DNA of 64,000 bases from an uncultured Alphaproteobacteria bacterium (GTDB taxonomy: Bacteria > Pseudomonadota > Alphaproteobacteria > Rs-D84). How positions within the stretch are numbered: the first letter of the stretch is position 1; each line of letters begins with the position of its first letter. Under the pieces are notes generated by a model that worked only from the letters and a program-made list of their open reading frames with translations, did not search any database and was not told the DNA's origin. Below are positions 58,457 to 64,000 of this stretch, piece by piece. The stretch is from the NCBI GenBank assembly GCA_904502095.1, contig CAJGDG010000001.1, forward strand, positions 2,242-66,241, given 5' to 3'. A program made the translations under genes and the position numbers.

Positions 58457-58485
58457 AAAAACGCCCGTTTGGGCGTTTTTTTATT
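58457..58485. terminator. Bidirectional terminator (aacgccc..gggcgtt family)
   Basis: aaaaacgcccgtttgggcgtttttttattt. Confidence 0.7.
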
Positions 58486-58487
58486 TC

Positions 58488-59579
58488 TTATCTGTTGGTT
58501 AATTGTAATTCGATACGGCGATTCTTTTGCAGGCTGGCTGCATCTGTGCCGGCTGAAACAGGATACATTTCGCCAAAGCCTGTTGGTATCAGACGAAGTT
58601 TTGAAACACCTGCATTTGCCAACGCTTCGGCAACGGCGGCGGCGCGCAACATAGATAATTGTGTATTGTTGCGATATGCGCGCGTGCCAGATATTACAGC
58701 CTTGTTATCTGTATGGCCGTCAATGCGTACAATCCAATCGATATCTGATGGGATTTTTGTTTCCATATCTTTAATGGCGTTTGCAATTAATTGTAATTGC
58801 TTTTTCCCGTCCGCAGTCAGTTTGTATGAACCGCTGGCGAATAAGATGTCGCTGTTTATTATAAATCTGTCGCCGTCTGATGTGACACTGGTCATGTCGC
58901 CCAATGCTAATTTGATAGCCTTGTAAAATTCAGATTGATATTTTGAAACATCGTTTAATTTTGCAACGGTGTCATTTAATTCGGCGACTTTGTCTGCCAG
59001 CGCCTTGTTTAATCGGGTTGACATTTCAACATATTCTATTTCTTGGGCGCGTGATTTTTCTTCGGCTGCGTCCAATGCCGCCTGTAATTGTGCCAGACGC
59101 GCATTCAGTTCGGCGGTTTGTACACCGATTTGTTCCTGTAATGCTTTGCGTTCTTGTTCCAAAATCGCTGATTGTTCCGCGTTGATTGTCGCTTGTTCGG
59201 CGATCAGTGTTGTTTGGTTTAATTGTTCTGTCAGCGCATCTATTTCAGCCTGTTTTTCAGCAATTTTATTTTCGTACGCTGTGATTAAATCTTCGGTGCT
59301 GTTATCCACATTAACCAATTCATCGTGCGCCAGCATCAGCAATCGATTGGCTTCGCGTTTATAGGTTTCCATTTCTTCGATTGTTTGTGCTTGCTCTGCA
59401 TTTGCCTGTTTTAAATCAGCAACTGTTTTTGCCCCAGATTGTTTATTAAATATGCTGGTCGTGGTCCATAAAAATACGAACATAATTAACAGAAATATCA
59501 ATATGATAACCAGATTGGAAAACAAGTCCACAAAACCTGGCCATACATTTGTTTGATTACGATATCTGATGTTTAACAT
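58488..59579 (-). CDS. OmpA/MotB-family peptidoglycan-binding protein with N-terminal TM helix and a ~200-aa coiled coil
   Basis: TM helix VIILIFLLIMFVFLWTT. Long heptad region. C-terminal OmpA-like domain ..RIDGHTD........NTQLSMLRAAAVAEAL. Confidence 0.7.
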   Translation of the reverse strand: MLNIRYRNQTNVWPGFVDLFSNLVIILIFLLIMFVFLWTTTSIFNKQSGAKTVADLKQANAEQAQTIEEMETYKREANRLLMLAHDELVNVDNSTEDLITAYENKIAEKQAEIDALTEQLNQTTLIAEQATINAEQSAILEQERKALQEQIGVQTAELNARLAQLQAALDAAEEKSRAQEIEYVEMSTRLNKALADKVAELNDTVAKLNDVSKYQSEFYKAIKLALGDMTSVTSDGDRFIINSDILFASGSYKLTADGKKQLQLIANAIKDMETKIPSDIDWIVRIDGHTDNKAVISGTRAYRNNTQLSMLRAAAVAEALANAGVSKLRLIPTGFGEMYPVSAGTDAASLQKNRRIELQLTNR

Positions 59580-59604
59580 GGTATTCTCTCTCTTCTTTTT
59601 TTAT

Positions 59605-60378
59605 TTATCTGTCCGAAATATGGTTTTCCAGTGCCTGGACACTTTTTGTTAATTCGTGTGTTGCCAAGTTGATTTTTGGCAGAATCTTTACAACTTCATC
59701 CGCGGTTGATATTTTTGTCCGTGCAGATAAAAAGTCTATCAATTCATTAAAGATAGCGTTTTGGGCGATTTGTACTTGTAAGCTTAAGAAATTTACAATT
59801 AAACTGGCCGCCAGCCCCAACAAAGAACTGGTAAATGCGGTGGTCATACCTGATAAAGGCTTTGAAATGCCAATCTGCATAGATTGTAAAACTGTTTCAT
59901 CAGAAAAGTTTAATCCACCAATTAATTCTGCAAAGCCGCCAACCGTTAATATCAGCCCCCAAAATGTACCCAACAATCCCAAAAATATCAGCGTGTTTGT
60001 AATATAGCGAACCGATTCGCGCGCATCTTCAAACCGAACGATAATCATATTTGTCACACTGTCCAGCGCATCTGCCGTTATGCGGCGTGGGTGCGAAGAT
60101 AACAATTGTGCCACAGGGCGCAATAACCGCGGGGGCAGGGCAACCATGCGATTGCCGTGTGTGTATCCGTGCAGCCATTTATATTCGGGCAACAGTTGAA
60201 AAATCTGGATAAAACAAAGCCCAATACCAAACAGCGATGCCCCAATAATTACACCGTTTAACCATATGTTTGCGGTCGCAATTTGCATAAATTCAGCGTT
60301 AAAATAAATGACGCCAGCCGCAACAAGTGCGGTAAACAAAGCCATACGGTTAAGAGCGGCGTGAAAATATCTGGTCAT
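59605..60378 (-). CDS. MotA/TolQ/ExbB-family proton-channel protein
   Basis: Four TM helices. Family signature ..IFLGLLGTFWGLI.. and ..MTTAFTSSLLGLAASLIVNF.. Confidence 0.7.
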   Translation of the reverse strand: MTRYFHAALNRMALFTALVAAGVIYFNAEFMQIATANIWLNGVIIGASLFGIGLCFIQIFQLLPEYKWLHGYTHGNRMVALPPRLLRPVAQLLSSHPRRITADALDSVTNMIIVRFEDARESVRYITNTLIFLGLLGTFWGLILTVGGFAELIGGLNFSDETVLQSMQIGISKPLSGMTTAFTSSLLGLAASLIVNFLSLQVQIAQNAIFNELIDFLSARTKISTADEVVKILPKINLATHELTKSVQALENHISDR

Positions 60379-60559
60379 TTATATATAATCCCTGCCTGTT
60401 ATAAAAATGATAGTAAATTTTCAGGAACTGTGTCAATAGGGATTTGTTTGGTTCTTTTTGTTTAAAAAATGCTTGATTTTTGTTTGAAAATCGCCATAAT
60501 ATGGTCTGTTCCTGCTGATGGCAATGGTGCTGTCGGCTGTATAAACCAAAGGAAATAAA

Positions 60560-60898
60560 ATGGCTTATTATGAAAGCGTCTTGGTTTTCCGCCAGGACTT
60601 GACTGAACCGCAGGTAAAAGAAAAAGCGGCTAAGTTCACAGAAATCATCAAAGAACTGGGTGGCGATGTTAAATCCACAGAATTCTGGGGATTGAAAAAT
60701 TTGGCATACGTAATTCGTAAAAACCGCAAGGCTCACTATGTTATGCTGAATATCGAATTGCCTGGGGCACAAATCACAGAATTGGAACGCCGTTCACGTA
60801 TCGATGAAGACGTTATCCGTTTCTTGAATGTTCGTGTAGAGGAATTGTCCAAAACACCTTCTATCATGATGAAAAAGAACGCAGAGGAGGCAGAATAA
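60560..60898 (+). CDS. rpsF: 30S ribosomal protein S6
   Basis: [21 protein letters not shown]... Confidence 0.9.
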   Translation: MAYYESVLVFRQDLTEPQVKEKAAKFTEIIKELGGDVKSTEFWGLKNLAYVIRKNRKAHYVMLNIELPGAQITELERRSRIDEDVIRFLNVRVEELSKTPSIMMKKNAEEAE

Positions 60899-61125
60899 TG
60901 GCAGTTCGTGCAGCAATTTATCGTAAAAAATCAAACCCTTTAAAGGGCAAGGTTATTGATTACAAAGATGTTAAGACTTTGTCACACTATATCACAGAAC
61001 GTGGTAAAATCGTGCCAAGTCGCATCAGTGGTGTTTCCCAGAAGGATCAGCGCGCATTGGCAACCGCTATCAAACGCGCACGTCATTTGGGGTTGATGCC
61101 ATTTGTTCGTAACAATCTGGGCTAA
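60898..61125 (+). CDS. rpsR: 30S ribosomal protein S18
   Basis: ..[50 protein letters not shown]. Overlaps the rpsF stop (ATAATG). Confidence 0.9.
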   Translation: MAVRAAIYRKKSNPLKGKVIDYKDVKTLSHYITERGKIVPSRISGVSQKDQRALATAIKRARHLGLMPFVRNNLG

Positions 61126-61289
61126 AAATAAATTCTGTGGTCGTTGGTTGTGTTCTCTGGTTCTTATGTAGCATTTGTACACGGCGAACCATTGAACACT
61201 TCCCACCGCCGCACATAATTTATTTTTATTCGTATGTATAAATATTTGGGATTTATCCCTAACTTATAAAAAAACAATAAGGACAGATT

Positions 61290-61880
61290 ATGAAAGTTAT
61301 TTTGACAGAAAAAATTACAAAACTGGGTAATATCGGTGATACAGTTGAAGTAAAAACTGGTTATGCGCGTAATTACTTGTTGCCAAACGGCAAAGCAATG
61401 CGTTTCACACGTGAAAATGTCGCATTGTTCGAAGCGAAAAAAGCAGAATTGACAGCGCGTCAAGAAGCGGCTAAGAAAAACGCTGAATCAAATGTTGATG
61501 CGGTCAAGAATGCGAAACTGCATATGATTCGCCAGGCTGGTGACACAGGCCAATTGTATGGTTCTGTATCAACACGCGATATCGCACGTATGTTGAAAGA
61601 AGTTGCAAATGTTAATGTTGAATCTGCACAGGTTATGTTGGGCGCACCAATCAAATCTGTTGGCGCATTCGATACAAAAGTTGCTTTGCACCCAGATGTT
61701 ATCGTTCCTGTAAAGGTTTTCGTTGCACAATCACAAGACGAAATCGATGCATTGGTTGCAGGTAAAGTTTTGACTTTTGGTACTAAAAAGACAGAAGAAG
61801 TCGAAGAAGCAAAAGCAGAAGAAGTTGCAACAGAAGAAAAAGCAGAAGTTGTTGAAGAACCAGCAGCTGATGCAGAATAA
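61290..61880 (+). CDS. rplI: 50S ribosomal protein L9
   Basis: MKVILTEKITKLGNIGDTVEVKTGYARNYLLPNGKA.. Confidence 0.9.
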   Translation: MKVILTEKITKLGNIGDTVEVKTGYARNYLLPNGKAMRFTRENVALFEAKKAELTARQEAAKKNAESNVDAVKNAKLHMIRQAGDTGQLYGSVSTRDIARMLKEVANVNVESAQVMLGAPIKSVGAFDTKVALHPDVIVPVKVFVAQSQDEIDALVAGKVLTFGTKKTEEVEEAKAEEVATEEKAEVVEEPAADAE

Positions 61881-61895
61881 TTTTTCTGAAATCAA

Positions 61896-61930
61896 TAAAA
61901 AAACCGCCAATTGGCGGTTTTTTATTTTTT
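61896..61930. terminator. Bidirectional terminator (aaccgcca..tggcggtt family)
   Basis: aaaaaaaccgccaattggcggttttttatttttt. Confidence 0.7.
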
Positions 61931-62590
61931 ATATTTTGGAATTCTTATTATAACACCGCCGTCTGGTGTTCCGCTGGTAGTAGTTATATCATCGTGGCAA
62001 AGATAGTATTTATCTTCTTCACTAAGCTGAACTGGTAGACCTTTGCATGTAAATGTGTCAGGACAAATAAAGGTGGCCCAAATGCGGTCGTATGGGCAAT
62101 ATTTTGCAACTATCGCTTCTTTGACTTCTTGTTTGAAATCAGAATATAGTTTTATTTCGTTATTAGGGTTGCCAAAAACGTTGTGAAATTCGTTGTATGG
62201 TACCGATTTTGTCATATTAGAAATATCGACATCTGTTTTTACTGAGTTGTGTATATGAGACAATATTGCTTGGTTTTCTAAAACCTTTGTTGCGTATTGT
62301 GCAGCTTTGTTTTGGTCGTTTGGGTTCAATAATTGATAAGCGCTGGCCAGTTCCAACAGGTCTAATCTGAATACATTTTTTTTCGTATCGTATGCGTCTG
62401 GGAAATTGTCAAACAGGGTGCTCATCAAAAGCGTGACGCCTGATTTGTCTGGAAAATAACCAGGTACATACAGCGAGCTGCTGCTGATATCAAATTTGTC
62501 GTTAATGGTTGATACAGTATCTGTTTCAGCAAAAGAACTTGCAACCGAAATCAAAGATAGCGTTATTGCGGTTAAAAAAATCTTTTTCAT
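61922..62590 (-). CDS. Secreted hypothetical protein (222 aa). Translationally coupled to the upstream gene.
   Basis: GAGGAGG RBS. Signal peptide MKKIFLTAITLSLISVASSFA. Its ATG overlaps the upstream TAA (TAATG). Confidence 0.5.
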   Translation of the reverse strand: MKKIFLTAITLSLISVASSFAETDTVSTINDKFDISSSSLYVPGYFPDKSGVTLLMSTLFDNFPDAYDTKKNVFRLDLLELASAYQLLNPNDQNKAAQYATKVLENQAILSHIHNSVKTDVDISNMTKSVPYNEFHNVFGNPNNEIKLYSDFKQEVKEAIVAKYCPYDRIWATFICPDTFTCKGLPVQLSEEDKYYLCHDDITTTSGTPDGGVIIRIPKYKK

Positions 62591-63606
62591 TATTTTAATG
62601 CCTCCTCGCACTGTTCTGCGGTTTCAATTACGCGCTTGGCCGCGGATATTTGGGTCGCGTTAAATACGGTCGATGTTAATGATGCAGCCGTGGTCACGCC
62701 CGCCAATACATTTGATGCAGTGTTTAAATTTTTCGCTTTTTCTGCGTTTTTACGCGTCTGGTCTGTGTTTGCAACCCCAGATGTTATTGTGCCCGCTAAA
62801 CCTGTCGCCGCACCAATACCGCTGGCCACTGTTGCACCAGTTGCACGATTGTTGATTTTTTCAACATCTGTGATGTTATATTTATTACACGCAGAAACAA
62901 TTTTGTCTGCCTGGGCAATTTCTTCGCTTGTTGCGGAACCGTTCAGACTGGCTTGGATTTTTGTGTTTGATAATAATTGAACAGAACCCAAGCACGCGCC
63001 AATTTGTGTGGCAAAATCGTCATCGATTTTGTTTGTTCCCGAAATAACCGCGCCCGCAATGTTTGCAGCCGTTGCAGTTGCCATCAGCCCTGTGCGCGCA
63101 TCGCCCAGTTTTTTTGACTTTTCATCCAGTGCATCTTTTTGTTCTTTCATATATTCGATGTTCTCGTTTGAATGTTGCAAACTTTTGTCAGATGGGGTAT
63201 GGTTTTTTAATTTATACTTTTTATCTTCATCATTAAGCGCCATGGCAAGTCGTGTTGTCAGGTTATGAATTTCCACGTGATCAATGTTGTTTGGTTGGCC
63301 CTTATCTTTTGTGTATTTATCGATTGCCTGTTGAAGCTCTGCGGATAATTTATCTGTTTTTGATTTTATAATCCCGGTTGCAGCAGCGCCGCCACCAACC
63401 GCAGTACCAACCGCAGCCACGGCCGTACCAACGCCCGCCATTTTTTTGATGTCATTTAATTTTTCGGATATGCCACTGCAATTTTTGCGCACGTTTGCCA
63501 TTGCATCTGTCAAAGACATTTCGTTTGCCAACGCAGGTGTTGCCAATAAAATTATTGGTAAAACAAGTAATTTTCTCACTTTTTCCCCCTGGGTACTGTA
63601 ATACAA
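62590..63606 (-). CDS. Secreted glycine-zipper protein (338 aa)
   Basis: Signal peptide ..LLVLPIILLATPALA. GxxxG-rich segments MAGVGTAVAAVGTAVGGGAAATGII, LMATATAANIAGAVISG, ATGATVASGIGAATGLAGTITSG, resembling those of the 5689..6912 product. Confidence 0.55.
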   Translation of the reverse strand: MYYSTQGEKVRKLLVLPIILLATPALANEMSLTDAMANVRKNCSGISEKLNDIKKMAGVGTAVAAVGTAVGGGAAATGIIKSKTDKLSAELQQAIDKYTKDKGQPNNIDHVEIHNLTTRLAMALNDEDKKYKLKNHTPSDKSLQHSNENIEYMKEQKDALDEKSKKLGDARTGLMATATAANIAGAVISGTNKIDDDFATQIGACLGSVQLLSNTKIQASLNGSATSEEIAQADKIVSACNKYNITDVEKINNRATGATVASGIGAATGLAGTITSGVANTDQTRKNAEKAKNLNTASNVLAGVTTAASLTSTVFNATQISAAKRVIETAEQCEEALK

Positions 63607-63658
63607 TCTTGATACATTATATCATAAAAACGGGGCGCAAACAAGTGTGTTATATCAT

Positions 63659-63712
63659 AAAACAAAAAAAATCCCCAAATGGGGATTTTAAATCTGGTGG
63701 CCCTGGTCGGAC
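63659..63712. repeat. Direct repeat copy A: terminator hairpin plus the last 19 nt of tRNA-Leu
   Basis: aaaacaaaaaaaatccccaaatggggattttaaatctggtggccctggtcggact matches 63836..63890, apart from a 1-nt difference in a T-run. Confidence 0.8.
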
Positions 63713-63835
63713 TGTAAATTCCCATCTGTGGCGCGTCGCCACGATGGGCCCCTTTCTCTGCGTAAGGTTCAAACGGCGCGTTCGCTTGTTTTCACCAACT
63801 GACGGTTCGAACCTTCGGTCCTCGTCCGACGCAGG

Positions 63836-63890
63836 CAAAACAAAAAAAATCCCCAAATGGGGATTTTTAAATCTGGTGGCCCTGGTCGGA
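63836..63890. repeat. Direct repeat copy B. It overlaps the genuine 3' end of tRNA-Leu and its terminator.
   Basis: Same 55-bp sequence as 63659..63712. It continues into the intact T-arm of the tRNA. Confidence 0.8.
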
Positions 63891-63958
63891 CTCGAACCGA
63901 CACTCCTTGCAGAACTTGATTTTGAGTCAAGCGCGTCTACCAATTCCGCCACGGGGCC
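63874..63958 (-). tRNA. tRNA-Leu (anticodon CAA), type II with long variable arm
   Basis: Minus-strand sequence GGCCCCG-TG-GCGGAATTGGTAGACGCG-CTTGA-CTCAAAA-TCAAG-(13-nt variable arm)-GTCGG-TTCGAGT-CCGAC-CAGGGCC-A-CCA. The D-loop AATTGGTAGA is typical of Leu. One C6·A67 mismatch in the acceptor stem. Confidence 0.8.
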
Positions 63959-64000
63959 GTGGCATCCGAAAACCGATTAAGCGGCTTTCTTTGCTTCAAC

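Noticed and set aside
63713-63835. 125-bp segment between the tRNA-Leu repeats as a two-piece tmRNA (ssrA) or tRNA-like gene
   Set aside because: It contains a GGTTCGAACC palindrome and ends, via the repeat, in ..CCACCA. No convincing acceptor/T-arm pairing, tag reading frame or pseudoknots could be built. It is too short for ssrA.
63495-63980. ORFs 63495..63980 + and 63650..63952 -
   Set aside because: They overlap tRNA-Leu, the direct repeats and the terminators. They are spurious.
1-64000. Mobile element genes (transposase, integrase) or a prophage
   Set aside because: No ORF with DDE, tyrosine-recombinase or phage structural motifs was recognised. The att-like repeats at both tRNAs appear to be remnants without cognate recombinase in this window.

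Overview
This AT-rich bacterial window reads most like an alphaproteobacterium, and more tentatively a Rickettsiales- or Holosporales-like intracellular lineage. The alphaproteobacterial assignment rests on a CcrM-type adenine methyltransferase, LpxI and NrdR. The intracellular-lineage guess rests on softer markers: an archaeal-type ValRS, a Pmp-repeat autotransporter, ankyrin repeats and an orphan VirB11-like ATPase. Nothing here was compared against a database; every call comes from reading the sequence.

The first ~23.5 kb is an accessory region. It holds at least six paralogous large proteins (P1, P2 and P4-P8), all with a signal peptide and many cysteines. Each has a signal peptide and a basic Ala/Thr/Arg-rich low-complexity linker. 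A conserved N-terminal module C-x6-C-x4-C-x(6-11)-C follows, often written CxxxYxxCMDxFC. Cysteines recur in pairs through the body, and the protein ends in a 4-Cys module. P1 is truncated by the window edge, so only its C-terminal half is visible. They sit as tandem pairs (P1 and P2, 1..4292; P7 and P8, 18900..23529) and as a four-gene minus-strand operon with ATGA stop/start overlaps (5689..10632).

Glycine-zipper secreted proteins are interspersed with them. So is P3, a tandem-repeat cysteine-rich protein. A ~1200-aa protein in the same region combines ankyrin repeats, a degenerate subtilase-like region and a C-terminal beta-barrel. An array of RPE/MITE-like palindromic repeats also lies here.

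I could assign none of these families to a known one from sequence alone. This locus is the best candidate for an undescribed envelope, surface or host-interaction system.

The rest of the window is core genome: ccrM, nrdR, slt, rnhB, pgk, valS, tRNA-Gln, tyrS, ssb, efp, ppa, recO, dsbA-like, clpP, clpX, lpxI, rpsF, rpsR, rplI and tRNA-Leu. Surface and secretion genes are interleaved with it. These include a Pmp-type autotransporter, an S8 subtilase autotransporter, OMP beta-barrels, an orphan VirB11-like ATPase and a MotA/MotB-like pair.

Both tRNA genes have partial duplicate copies nearby. tRNA-Leu has a duplicated 3' end plus terminator. tRNA-Gln has a duplicated promoter plus 5' half. Two candidate small RNAs share a 3' module. 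Intrinsic terminators fall into a few recurrent hairpin families.

No rRNA, CRISPR, IS transposase or integrase gene was found. Coordinates derived from the ORF track are exact. Motif coordinates I counted by hand may be off by 1-2 nt.
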